From Endomicrobiales bacterium (GTDB taxonomy: Bacteria; Elusimicrobiota; Endomicrobiia; Endomicrobiales; JALOBY01), in contig CAWCNJ010000009.1 of the NCBI GenBank assembly GCA_963796955.1, forward strand, positions 1 through 64,000: a DNA stretch of 64,000 nucleotides, written 5' to 3'. Position 1 is the first letter of the stretch. Every line of letters begins with the position of its first letter. The position numbers and the translations under genes were made by a program. The notes below the pieces were generated by a model. It had not been told where the DNA came from and made no database searches. It was given only the letters and a program-made list of their open reading frames with translations. Positions 39,507 through 49,394 of this stretch are shown one piece after another.

Positions 39507-40259
39507 TTACACGCCTATGAGCATTTTCAACAGCTGGCCCTTAACGGATACCGCAAAGACCGGTACGCCTTCCGCCGCCTGTTTCGGCGTATAGGTGCCG
39601 AACATTCTGTCCCAGACGGTAAATATAAAACCGAGGTTCCTGCCTGCCATGCCCCTGGCGCCGTGATGGATCCGGTGGTAATCAGGTGTTATGAATAGTT
39701 TTTCAACGGGTCCCAGAGAGACATGTATGTTGGTGTGTATCCACAGATTGATCACGACGCCGAAAGAGAACGCGGCGCCGGTCTCAAGCGGCGACAGCTT
39801 TAACAGGAAATAGCCTATGAATATCTGCGGCAGGGAGAACAGGAATAAATGTGTCAGGCTGGTGCGCGATCCGGACAGCCACCATATCTGGCCGATAGAG
39901 TGGTGAAAGGCATGCGTTCTCCAAAGTAGTTTTTTATGCATTGCCCTGTGGACCCAGTAGAGCGAAAGGTCTGTAAGGATAATGGCTGAAATAATTTTGA
40001 AGACCGGTGCGATCCCGGAAAGAAATTCCTGGTTCGTGAAAAATGGGGGAACCAGAGCCCGCAGAACGTTGAAGCTTACCACCCGCGCCGATTCCCCGGC
40101 CGTTATCACAACGAACAGCGCGAGCAGGTTCAATTGCAAGTCTTGTTCTCTCACTACCGGCAGCCCGGGCCGGCGTCTTTCCATAACGTCCAGGGTAAGG
40201 ACGGCGATAAGGAATGTTATCACCTGCATCAGCTGTTCCGGCGGTATAGTAATAGACAA
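39507..40259 (-). CDS. fatty acid hydroxylase/sterol desaturase family protein
   Basis: His boxes HRAMH, HAFHH, HTN and HRIHH. Confidence 0.88.
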   Translation of the reverse strand: MSITIPPEQLMQVITFLIAVLTLDVMERRRPGLPVVREQDLQLNLLALFVVITAGESARVVSFNVLRALVPPFFTNQEFLSGIAPVFKIISAIILTDLSLYWVHRAMHKKLLWRTHAFHHSIGQIWWLSGSRTSLTHLFLFSLPQIFIGYFLLKLSPLETGAAFSFGVVINLWIHTNIHVSLGPVEKLFITPDYHRIHHGARGMAGRNLGFIFTVWDRMFGTYTPKQAAEGVPVFAVSVKGQLLKMLIGV

Positions 40260-40482
40260 TAGAGTGTCCTCCGTGGCACCTCTGTCGAGGCAGCGATTTT
40301 TTTAATATAATACATATCGTAAACTCTGTTAATGCGCTGATTCCCTCATATAATGGCTTTGTCGCCTGGTTTTCTGAATACAAAGTGGATAAAAGACAGT
40401 TATCGATGGAGTCAGCCCATCATGAGAGAACATCGTCTCAGCTATAATATCGATCGAAAGATCACCGGTTTTCCTGGAGACG

Positions 40483-41700
40483 ATGAACAATATGAGAGTG
40501 CTATTGATAGAAGATAATGCTGACGACGCACGGCTTGTGGCTGAATTGCTTAACGTCCGTTCTGAAATCGGTTTCAAACTTACGGTCTGCGAAACTCTCG
40601 GCGGGGGAATGGCGGAGCTTGCGGCGGGCCAGTTCGATGTCGTTATCTCGGACTTGAATTTGCCGGACAGCTCGGGTCTCGCCGGTATAGAGACGCTTGC
40701 GGTCGTCAACGCCGCCGTTCCGATAATCGTTCTGACAGGTAACAGCGATGAGACCCTGGGTATCCAGGCCCTGCAAAAAGGTGCCGCCGATTATCTGGTA
40801 AAGGGCCAGGTCACCGCGAATTTGATAAGCCGCAGTATCAGATATGCCATCGAAAGAAAATATGAAACAATTAAGCTGATAGAGGCAAGCCGCATCGCCG
40901 ACGAACGGGCAACCGCGCTTAAAGATCTTACCGATGACCTGGAAAATATCGTGGAACAAAGGACCTGTCAGCTGCTTAAAGCAAGCGCAGAGCTGGAGCG
41001 TTCCCGAAGGATGGCTGATGTCGGCCGCCTGGCTTCGACCATTTCACACGAGTTGCGCAATCCACTCGCGGCTATCAAGCTGGCGGCGTATAACCTGCAG
41101 AGAAAAACGAACGACCCCTCGCTTATACCTCACCTGAACAATATCAATAAAAAGATCAATGAGGGCGATACTATCATTCAAAACCTTCTCAGTTTCGCCC
41201 ATACCAGGACGGATAACTTCGAAAATGTTGTTCTCAATACTCTGCTGGAGGAATGCATCGCCAATGTCCATGGGAAATACCAGTCGCACCAAACGGTATT
41301 AAAAAAAGACGTCGGTGTCGGTTCGCATGATACTATCGAGGCCGATCCGGTGCAGCTGCGTATCATGCTCTCTAATATTATTGACAACGCTTTCCAGTCC
41401 CTGCCGGACCAGAAGGGGACGGTTTCTGTCGCTGCCGGCATAATGGGACCGTCGTACATCATCTCTATCTCCGACACAGGCGTGGGAATAGAACCGGAAA
41501 ATATCGACAAAGTTTACGAGCCGTTCTACACGACAAAATCCAAAGGCACCGGACTCGGTCTTGCCGTCTGTAAGGATATTATCGAGAGCCATCACGGTGC
41601 GATAGAACTTCGCAGCGAGCCTCATAAAGGGACCACGTTCATTGTCACACTGCCCGTCAGACAGCCGAAAGATCAAAAACACCTGCTTAAAAGTGAATGA
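40483..41700 (+). CDS. hybrid REC + histidine kinase
   Basis: LLIED; SHELRNPL; GTGLGL. Confidence 0.92.
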   Translation: MNNMRVLLIEDNADDARLVAELLNVRSEIGFKLTVCETLGGGMAELAAGQFDVVISDLNLPDSSGLAGIETLAVVNAAVPIIVLTGNSDETLGIQALQKGAADYLVKGQVTANLISRSIRYAIERKYETIKLIEASRIADERATALKDLTDDLENIVEQRTCQLLKASAELERSRRMADVGRLASTISHELRNPLAAIKLAAYNLQRKTNDPSLIPHLNNINKKINEGDTIIQNLLSFAHTRTDNFENVVLNTLLEECIANVHGKYQSHQTVLKKDVGVGSHDTIEADPVQLRIMLSNIIDNAFQSLPDQKGTVSVAAGIMGPSYIISISDTGVGIEPENIDKVYEPFYTTKSKGTGLGLAVCKDIIESHHGAIELRSEPHKGTTFIVTLPVRQPKDQKHLLKSE

Positions 41701-41813
41701 AGTCAGCCGAAAACGGATTATTGATATTTCGCTCATTAAATGAATTGTATATCATGTAAACATCAGCCGCTAATTTAATAATTTGAGTTGTGCGATAATT
41801 ACGGGAGGGTATT

Positions 41814-42584
41814 GTGCCAGACAAGATACTATTAGTAGATGATGACCAGGTTTCTCGGGAAGAAATGAAGTGCTGTTTAGAAGAATATGACGTGATAGAG
41901 GCTAAGAACGGTCAGGAGGCGCTCAGCATTTTGAACAAGCCTAACGAAATAGACCTGATGATACTGGACATACGGATGCCGGGTCTCGCGGGAACGGAAG
42001 TGCTGAAGATAATCAAGAAAAAAGAGTCGGCGCCGATCGTTATAATGTTGACGGGATTCAGTTCAACCGATACTGCCGTCGAATCGTTGAGGGGCCAGGC
42101 GGATGAGTACCTGGAAAAACCGATCGATATTGAAAAACTTAAAGCCGTCGTGGCGAAGCTGCTGGAGGCGAAAAAATACAAGAGCGACGATACGGGCGCT
42201 GCCGACGTAAATCAGAAGATCGACCGGGTTAAACGGTTCATAGAAAGAAATTGCCTTAAACGGGTGTCCCTGGAAGATGCGGCGAAAACCGTCGGCTTCA
42301 GCCCTAAATATCTGAGCCGGGTTTTCAGCGAAGTGGCCGGGGAAGGGTTCATGGATTACCGTCTTAAGGTTAAGACCAATAAGGCAAAAGAGCTGCTGGC
42401 GGTCAAGGGGTATACCATAAGCGATATCTCCGACAAGCTTGGGTTCATGAACCCGGAATCTTTCATGAGGATATTCAAGAAGATCACCGGCCTGACACCC
42501 ACGCAGTACCGCGAGCCTGAGATCAAGCGGCTTGCCAGGCGCGCCCCGGTCGCGAAAAAAGCGGGACGGAAAAAGAAAAAATAG
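41814..42584 (+). CDS. response regulator with AraC HTH
   Basis: REC domain; YLSRVF; FMRIFKKITGLTP..YR. Confidence 0.92.
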   Translation: MPDKILLVDDDQVSREEMKCCLEEYDVIEAKNGQEALSILNKPNEIDLMILDIRMPGLAGTEVLKIIKKKESAPIVIMLTGFSSTDTAVESLRGQADEYLEKPIDIEKLKAVVAKLLEAKKYKSDDTGAADVNQKIDRVKRFIERNCLKRVSLEDAAKTVGFSPKYLSRVFSEVAGEGFMDYRLKVKTNKAKELLAVKGYTISDISDKLGFMNPESFMRIFKKITGLTPTQYREPEIKRLARRAPVAKKAGRKKKK

Positions 42585-42587
42585 AAC

Positions 42588-43772
42588 ATGCCTGCCCACG
42601 AACTATCACTCCAGGATTCTGCCACGACTGAAGAACAATGCCAGCAACAGGCCGCGCTCCTGCAGGAGCAGGCCAGGATGCTGGAACAGGCTCAGATTAT
42701 TGTCTGGAATGATACGGACGGGATCACCCAGTGGACACGCGGCGCCGAGCTGCTCTATGGGTGGAGTAAGTCGGAAGCCGTCGGTAAAAAACCGTTCGAG
42801 CTGCTGAAAACGATGACACCCAGGCCTGTTGAAGACATTATGTCCGATGTGGTAAGCGACCAGCGTTGGGAAGGCGAGCTGTTGAACACGAGAAAAGACG
42901 GTCACCAGATAACGGTCGCCAGTTGCTGGGCGCTGAACCGCGACCGGGCCGGGCGGACCACGATCATCGAGTCAGACAGCGATATAACCAGGCTGAAAGT
43001 GTATGAACTTGCCTTGAGCAGGGACAAGGATGCTTTCGAAAAAATGGTCGCCGACAAAACGCGCGAACTGGTTTCAACACAGATGGAACTGGAGCGCACC
43101 CGGCGGCTTTCGGATATAGGCACGCTGGCCGCGACGGTGGCGCACGAATTAAGGAACCCTCTCGGGGTTATACGGACCGCGGTCTACAACATCAAACGCA
43201 AGGCCCATAATCCGCTGCTGGACGGCCACATAGGCAACATCGAGAAGAAAATTCTGGAAGGCGATCAGATAATCAACAACCTGTTGGGCTATTCCCGGAT
43301 CAGAACGCCCCAGTACGAAAAGATAAAACTGTACGACGTTCTGGATGAATGCGTAAACATCGCCCGGGAACGTTTTGAGAAAAAACATATTCTTTTCATC
43401 AAGGATGCCGAATCCATACGGGAGCAGTTCATGGACGGCGATCATTTTCAGCTGCGTGAAGTGCTGAATAATATACTTGATAACGCGGGCCAGGCGGTCG
43501 AAGCCGGCAAGGGAGTTATCAAAGTTTCAGCGCATACCGATACTGCCGGCTGTATGATCCTGACGATTACCGACAACGGTTCCGGTATCGACGGGGCGGA
43601 CATCGGCAGGTTGTTCGAGCCGTTCTTTACGAGAAAGTCCAAAGGCACGGGTCTTGGCCTGACGGTTTGCAAAGAGATGATAAGCCTGCACCACGGGGAT
43701 ATAAGAATAGGCAGTGAACCAAGCAAGGGGACGACCGTAACTATTACGTTGCCATTGGAGAGAGCGACATGA
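42588..43772 (+). CDS. PAS domain histidine kinase
   Basis: GAELLYGW..EAVG PAS motif; AHELRNPL; GTGLGL. Confidence 0.92.
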   Translation: MPAHELSLQDSATTEEQCQQQAALLQEQARMLEQAQIIVWNDTDGITQWTRGAELLYGWSKSEAVGKKPFELLKTMTPRPVEDIMSDVVSDQRWEGELLNTRKDGHQITVASCWALNRDRAGRTTIIESDSDITRLKVYELALSRDKDAFEKMVADKTRELVSTQMELERTRRLSDIGTLAATVAHELRNPLGVIRTAVYNIKRKAHNPLLDGHIGNIEKKILEGDQIINNLLGYSRIRTPQYEKIKLYDVLDECVNIARERFEKKHILFIKDAESIREQFMDGDHFQLREVLNNILDNAGQAVEAGKGVIKVSAHTDTAGCMILTITDNGSGIDGADIGRLFEPFFTRKSKGTGLGLTVCKEMISLHHGDIRIGSEPSKGTTVTITLPLERAT

Positions 43773-44158
43773 GCAAAAAGAAACTGCTTATTATTGATGA
43801 TGATGTGGAAATGTGCGAAGAGATCTCGGAGATACTGCGTGATGAAGGGTATGATGTAAGCACTGTTCACGACGGGATCGAGGGCAGGGAACTTTTGACC
43901 CGCGAGCCTTTTGACCTGGTGCTGCTGGACATAAAGATACCCGGTATGAACGGTTTTGAGGTCTTGAGGTCTATCCGTGATGAAAATATAAACGTCAAGG
44001 TCATTGTGCTTTCCGGCCGGCCCATGGTCAAAGAACTGAGCGGCCAGGCGTCTGACTACGACGATGAAGAAATGGTCCTGAAAAAAGCCGACAGTGTCAT
44101 GGGCAAACCCTACGATATTACGAAGGTTCTGGAGACAACGAAAAAACTGTTATCCTGA
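43769..44158 (+). CDS. single-domain response regulator
   Basis: IIDDD; LDIKIPG; KP. Confidence 0.9.
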   Translation: MSKKKLLIIDDDVEMCEEISEILRDEGYDVSTVHDGIEGRELLTREPFDLVLLDIKIPGMNGFEVLRSIRDENINVKVIVLSGRPMVKELSGQASDYDDEEMVLKKADSVMGKPYDITKVLETTKKLLS

Positions 44159-44332
44159 GGTTCATATACAAAAGCGTACCTTTTGCCTCCGACCATGAAC
44201 AACGGCTGGGGGCATTATTGTCGGCAGAGCGTCGGACACCGGAGAATAGTCAGGAAAAAACAGAACCAGCCGATGCTTTCCTGCCGACGGTTAAGTTAGA
44301 ATCTGGTTGCACATCCATCCCAGGGGGGAGAA

Positions 44333-44704
44333 ATGAAAAAAAAGCGGATCTTGATCGTTGATGATGATGAAACGTTCCTTGAAGAGCTCAACAACACCAT
44401 GCAGATGTGCGGCTACGATACGATAACCCGCAACAGCGGGAAAACGGTCGTTAAGGACGCCGATGAAAAGAAGCCGGACGTGATCTTGCTGGATATGAAG
44501 ATAAACGGGAAAAGCGGTTTCCAGATAGCGGATGACCTGAAACATTTTCCTTCCACATCCAATATCCCGATCGTCGCGATGACCGGGATCTTCACGGAGC
44601 GGCTGCACCGGACTTTTATGAAGGGCCTCGGGATCGATGAATGCGTCCTGAAACCTTTCAATCCCCTGGATATAATCTCGAAAATAGAATTCTTAACAAA
44701 GTAG
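44333..44704 (+). CDS. single-domain response regulator
   Basis: IVDDD; LLDMK; KPF. Confidence 0.9.
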   Translation: MKKKRILIVDDDETFLEELNNTMQMCGYDTITRNSGKTVVKDADEKKPDVILLDMKINGKSGFQIADDLKHFPSTSNIPIVAMTGIFTERLHRTFMKGLGIDECVLKPFNPLDIISKIEFLTK

Positions 44705-44717
44705 CAATGGAGAGCCT

Positions 44718-45167
44718 ATGAAGCAGACAGTGATGATCATTGATGATGATAAGGTATTGCTGAGCGAGCTTACTGAGGCGCTGGAAGCGAACGGTTTTCT
44801 GGTACGGCCATTTTCTGACGGTAAAACGGCGCTCGCCGCGGCTCCCAGGATCATGCCGGATATCATTTTGCTGGATCTGAAGATGGATAAGGTGAGCGGA
44901 TTTCAGGTGGCAGACAAGCTGAATTGTTCACCTAAGACGGAGAACATACCGATCATAGCCATGACCGGGTATTTCACCCAGGATGAATATTCACTGATAA
45001 CCAGGATCTGCGGCATGAAGAAATGCATCAACAAACCGTTTAAAATGGAAGATATTATCGCGGAAGTATCGAGGATACTCGCGGCCCGGGATCAAAAAAC
45101 CGAGCCGGCAAAAAGCGGAGGTGCACAGTATGAAAAAAGCGAAGAGCTCAACAAAATCGAAAAGTAA
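44718..45167 (+). CDS. single-domain response regulator (paralog of the previous gene)
   Basis: IIDDD; LLDLK; shares SGFQ.AD.L and IPI.AMTG.F with the previous gene. Confidence 0.9.
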   Translation: MKQTVMIIDDDKVLLSELTEALEANGFLVRPFSDGKTALAAAPRIMPDIILLDLKMDKVSGFQVADKLNCSPKTENIPIIAMTGYFTQDEYSLITRICGMKKCINKPFKMEDIIAEVSRILAARDQKTEPAKSGGAQYEKSEELNKIEK

Positions 45168-45324
45168 AAAACAGCACGCTGAGCAGGGTGATAAACTTTC
45201 CTGCGAGGAGTGCGGTATGACGGTTATCGTAGAGGATTGCGGAGATAACGAAGACGTGTGCGGCGTCAGCTGCTGCGGTGAGCCCATGCAGGTGTGTTCC
45301 GACGAAGAGGAGCAGGTGGAATAA
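45130..45324 (+). CDS. small desulforedoxin-like Cys protein
   Basis: GGAGG SD; CEECG...CCGEPM. Confidence 0.65.
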   Translation: MKKAKSSTKSKSKKQHAEQGDKLSCEECGMTVIVEDCGDNEDVCGVSCCGEPMQVCSDEEEQVE

Positions 45325-45366
45325 TGAGATCCAGTCCCGTTGAGCGGGACTGCCGGGGAGACTAAC

Positions 45367-45552
45367 ATGCAGATCAATATGCACAGGCAGGATTTGGATA
45401 TCGGGTCAAATGTAGAGGAGCTGGAGGTCAGCGCCAGCTGCAGCAATTGCAGCCTGGCTTCCATTGAAGGCGCCTGCAATAAATGTGTCAATTGCAGCGA
45501 ACCGGTCGTAGAGCGTAAACCCAGACGGCCTAAAAAATCGATGTGGCAGTAA
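45367..45552 (+). CDS. small Cys-rich hypothetical protein
   Basis: GGGGAG SD; CSNC and CNKCVNC. Confidence 0.55.
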   Translation: MQINMHRQDLDIGSNVEELEVSASCSNCSLASIEGACNKCVNCSEPVVERKPRRPKKSMWQ

Positions 45553-45574
45553 GCCGTACATGTACGGGGGAAAA

Positions 45575-45825
45575 ATGAACATAAAAATGGGTGTTTGGAT
45601 CGATAAGGAGAAAGCCGTGATCACCTCGATCTATGACAAAAACGAAGATGTGCAGTTCGTTGAATCAAAAGCAGGCGATCAGGCCGCGTCCTATTATAAC
45701 AACGTTATCGAAAAATTGCGCAAGGCTGAGATGGTGCACATTTTCGGTCCGACAGAACCCAAAACGAGCTGGTTAAATATATGAAGATATCAGGCCTCGG
45801 CGAGCGTATTTCGGCGGTCGTTTAA
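45575..45825 (+). CDS. small hypothetical protein, possibly eRF1 domain 2/host-attachment-like (frameshift near 45762)
   Basis: GVWIDKEKAVI and IFGP motifs; one extra A gives K-N-ELVKY and a stop at 45825. Confidence 0.5.
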
Positions 45826-45838
45826 GTCAAGACCTGAA

Positions 45839-47266
45839 ATGCGCGTTCTCATCATCAGCTCCAACAGGAACAAAAAACCGGTACCGGTGATGCCTTACGG
45901 CGCCTGCATGATAGCAGACGCGGCAAGGCGGGCGGGACACGAGGTGCGGTTCCTGGACCTGATGTTCGAGCGCGACGTTGCCGAGGCATTAGCGTTCGCG
46001 TGCAAGTGGAAGCCCGATGTAGCAGGTATATCGCTGAGAAATATCGATAACAATGATATGTACGATCCTGTGGTGTACACGCAGGAACTTGAGCCGATGA
46101 TCAACTTTATACGGAGCGCCACGCAGGCCTCAATAGTGATAGGCGGGGCGGCGTGCGGAGTAATGCCTCTTCCTTTACTACGCAGCACCAAAGCCGATTA
46201 TCTTATTGCAGGTAACGGCGAGGAAAGCTTTATAGCGCTGCTGGAAAATATAGAATGCAATATCAGACCGGGAAATATCCCCGGTCTAGCCTGGAATGAC
46301 GGCGGTAGCGTGCGTTTGGCTCCGGTAGCTTTTAAACCCTATACTGAGTGTGTAGCCCCTGATTTCGCGCGCTGGGTAGATATACGGTCTTACCGGGCAG
46401 CGAATGTTCCGGCGCCGTTGCAGAGCAAGCGCGGCTGTCCGCTCAACTGTATCTATTGCACGTACAGCCTTTGCGAGGGCAAAGAGTACCGGCTGGCCTC
46501 GCCGGAAAGCGTGGTCATCGCGGTAGAGCGTCTGTTGGACCAGGGGTTCACCGATGTCGATTTTGTGGACAGTGTTTTTAATGCGCCGTACGAACACGCG
46601 TTGGAAATCTGCGCCGTTCTTTCAAAACATTTCAAGGGCAGGGCCAGGTTCCATACCATGGAACTGAGCCCGCACCATTTGGATGATACGTTACTTTCCG
46701 CCATGACAGACGCCGGTTTTTCTTCGGTCGGTATAACCGCGGAAAGCGCCTCTGATACCGTGCTGCGCAACCTCGGTAAACCGTATACGGTCAAAGAGAT
46801 CACGGAGGCGGCACAGTGCGTGCGCAGGCATACGCTGCCCTGTATGTGGATATTCATGCTGGGCGGCCCCGGCGAGACCGCGGAAAGCGTGCGGGAAACA
46901 TTCACGTTCGCCAGAGAGCAGGTGCGCCGCAGCGACAGTGTTTTCTTCAACGCGGGTATCCGGATATACCCGGGGACAGTGCTGGAAAAGATAGCCCGGC
47001 GCGAAGGCGTGCTCACTGTTCCGGCGGAAGAAATGCTTAACCCGGTGTCGTATTGTTCGCCGGGTTTGAACAGGACCTGGCTGGAAGCCGCCCTGCGCAG
47101 ACAGGTGCTGCTGCATAAGAATTTTATCGACCCGGATTCCTTCAACATCCCTTTTCTCCCCGCGTTGTCGAAGCTAGCTTCCTTTCTGGGGATCCGTTAT
47201 CCGTTGTGGAAATATACAGGCCAATTACGCATGCTGCTAGGGCGAATACCGGGGGTTTCAACGTGA
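45839..47266 (+). CDS. B12-binding radical SAM protein
   Basis: N-terminal B12-binding domain (GISLRNIDN, IGG); CPLNCIYC. Confidence 0.9.
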   Translation: MRVLIISSNRNKKPVPVMPYGACMIADAARRAGHEVRFLDLMFERDVAEALAFACKWKPDVAGISLRNIDNNDMYDPVVYTQELEPMINFIRSATQASIVIGGAACGVMPLPLLRSTKADYLIAGNGEESFIALLENIECNIRPGNIPGLAWNDGGSVRLAPVAFKPYTECVAPDFARWVDIRSYRAANVPAPLQSKRGCPLNCIYCTYSLCEGKEYRLASPESVVIAVERLLDQGFTDVDFVDSVFNAPYEHALEICAVLSKHFKGRARFHTMELSPHHLDDTLLSAMTDAGFSSVGITAESASDTVLRNLGKPYTVKEITEAAQCVRRHTLPCMWIFMLGGPGETAESVRETFTFAREQVRRSDSVFFNAGIRIYPGTVLEKIARREGVLTVPAEEMLNPVSYCSPGLNRTWLEAALRRQVLLHKNFIDPDSFNIPFLPALSKLASFLGIRYPLWKYTGQLRMLLGRIPGVST

Positions 47267-48363
47267 AAAATGTCACCGCTTCATCCGTGCAGGCAAATAT
47301 GGCTTCGCTTGCCGTGGCCCTGCCGGAGTTAAGTATCAACCAGCGCGAGGCTTTCGGTTTTATTAAAAAGAATTATGAAAAGCGGCTTTCAAGCCGCGGC
47401 ATGAAGGTGCTGGAAAAAGTTTTATCACATCCCGGGATAAAAAAAAGATATCTGGCTGTTGATGGCGGCCTTGAGACGATCGTTGATGAGGATCCGGACG
47501 TTCGGGTAGGCCGCTTCACGCGCCACGCGGTCGCGCTGTCAACACGGGCGGCTGCCTCGGCGCTCAAACGGGCGGGGCTCACCCCCGAGGATGTTTCAGC
47601 CCTGGTCATCAATACCTGCACCGGATATATTTGTCCGGGGATCTCCTCTTACGTCGCAGAAAACCTCGGGATCTCACCGTCCGCCCGCACGTTCGATATG
47701 GTCGGCAGCGGCTGCGGCGGGGCGCTGCCCAACATCTTCATGAGCCGTTCCCTTGCCCAGGCGGCTGAGGGCGCCGTGGTCAGTGTTTCCGTTGAGATCA
47801 GTTCGGCCGCTTTCCAGATGGGGGAAGACCCGGGATTACTGGTCTCCAACTCTATTTTCGGCGACGGCGCGGCCGCCTCTGTGTGGACGACGGAACCGGA
47901 ACGGCTTTCGGTGCTGGATTACGAATCTTTACTGGTGCCGGAATTTCGTGAGCATATACGTTTTGTGCACCGCAGCGGACAATTGCATAACCAGCTGTCC
48001 ATGAAATTACCCGGCTTAACGGGCGGGCCGGTTGCCGCCCTGGTGCACCGGCTGCTTGAGCGCAATGGCCTGTCTATGAAAGACATAGATCATTGGGCGA
48101 TCCATCCCGGCGGGGAAAAAATTATCAATGCCGTAAAGGCGGGACTGGGTTTGAGCGAAGAACAGTTATCGGCTACCAGGGGCGTTCTTTCTGATTACGG
48201 AAATATGTCGTCGCCGAGCGTTCTGTTCATTCTTGAGAGGCTGGTGCGCGGGCCCATGCGCGCCGGCGACCTTTGCCTTATGATAGCTTTTGGCGCGGGT
48301 TTTTCAGCGTATGCCTGCCTGTTAAAAGCAGGCAGCCGGTTCCCGGCGGCACGTAAGCAGTAA
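47263..48363 (+). CDS. type III polyketide synthase
   Basis: Catalytic triad in GSGCGG, IHPGG and YGNMSS; FGDGA; GTGA overlap with the rSAM gene. Confidence 0.9.
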   Translation: MKNVTASSVQANMASLAVALPELSINQREAFGFIKKNYEKRLSSRGMKVLEKVLSHPGIKKRYLAVDGGLETIVDEDPDVRVGRFTRHAVALSTRAAASALKRAGLTPEDVSALVINTCTGYICPGISSYVAENLGISPSARTFDMVGSGCGGALPNIFMSRSLAQAAEGAVVSVSVEISSAAFQMGEDPGLLVSNSIFGDGAAASVWTTEPERLSVLDYESLLVPEFREHIRFVHRSGQLHNQLSMKLPGLTGGPVAALVHRLLERNGLSMKDIDHWAIHPGGEKIINAVKAGLGLSEEQLSATRGVLSDYGNMSSPSVLFILERLVRGPMRAGDLCLMIAFGAGFSAYACLLKAGSRFPAARKQ

Positions 48364-48399
48364 TGATTTGTTGTTAACCAAAGCAGAAAGGAGAAATGT

Positions 48400-48840
48400 A
48401 TGTGTATTATTCCAATATGTATGTCATTGGTAGGTATGGTGGTGCTGGTTACGCTGGGGTATCTTGCGTTGTGGACGTCAAGCCACGAAAACACGGCTAA
48501 AGGCCTTGCCGGCTTCGGTAGGGTCATGGCCATAATCCTGTTCGTGTTCGCCGGGTTGGCATTGGTAGGCGGCGCGACCGCGAGCCACATGTGCATGTGG
48601 TATATGGGCAGGGACGGCGGTGCCTGCGTGATGGGCAAATGCATGCCGGGCCATCATATGGGCGCCATGATGAAAGAGAATGAAGAAATGGAAGAGCATG
48701 AGCACATGGGTATGGCGGGCGGCAACGAGCCCATGACCAAAGATAATATGGTTGCGCACCTTAAAATGATGCGGGACCAGAACCCGGACGTGTTCAATCA
48801 AAGCATGACCGAGCTGAACAAACCTCAAAACAAGAAATGA
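48400..48840 (+). CDS. membrane protein with Met/His-rich tail
   Basis: Two TM segments followed by a Met/His-rich region. Confidence 0.6.
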   Translation: MCIIPICMSLVGMVVLVTLGYLALWTSSHENTAKGLAGFGRVMAIILFVFAGLALVGGATASHMCMWYMGRDGGACVMGKCMPGHHMGAMMKENEEMEEHEHMGMAGGNEPMTKDNMVAHLKMMRDQNPDVFNQSMTELNKPQNKK

Positions 48841-48888
48841 CGTTCCGGGCATTGTGCTCCGTTTGGGAGCGCGACATTGGTGGTTATT

Positions 48889-49191
48889 ATGGAAAATCGA
48901 AGAAAAGCGCTTAGAAAACCGCTGGTAAGCCCGGTCATGATCCTGGCGGCGGCGTTACGAAAGAAAATAGCAGAGGGGTTTGTGACCAACATTAACGACG
49001 GCGGCCTGGGTATCGTAAGCCCGAAAGACCTGCCTGTTGGCGACACGTTGCTCTTCAACATCAACATGCCCAACGGCTGGCACCTGGACCTGTTCGGAAA
49101 GATCGTGCACGCAAGGCACGGTCCAACCCTGAACGCCTACGGCGCCGTTTTCGACCCCGGCCAGGCCACGTTCATCTTCAACTTGTTTTAA
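48889..49191 (+). CDS. PilZ domain protein
   Basis: RRKALR (RxxxR) and NINDGG (D/NxSxxG-like). Confidence 0.8.
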   Translation: MENRRKALRKPLVSPVMILAAALRKKIAEGFVTNINDGGLGIVSPKDLPVGDTLLFNINMPNGWHLDLFGKIVHARHGPTLNAYGAVFDPGQATFIFNLF

Positions 49192-49227
49192 TTCTGTCCA
49201 GGCCATAACTGCCGAAAACAGAGCAAG

Positions 49228-49265
49228 AACCGCACTGCGGGGCAACCCCCCGCCTGCGGTTTTTT
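49228..49265 (+). terminator. intrinsic terminator
   Basis: AACCGCA..GCGGGG/CCCCGC..TGCGGTT followed by a T run. Confidence 0.7.
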
Positions 49266-49394
49266 GTTTGCAAAATATCAGAGTTGAAAACCCTTCGAAT
49301 AATAGATACAATTACTTGTCGTATCTGTCCCGCTATTGGGAACAGTACGGAAGGTCTTTAGTTTTTAAGTTAAGGCTTCGATCGGGGAGCGTTT

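Noticed and set aside
40403..40450. GATGGAGTCAGCCC as a fluoride riboswitch
   Set aside because: The downstream GACTCC pseudoknot partner is missing and no fluoride-related gene follows.
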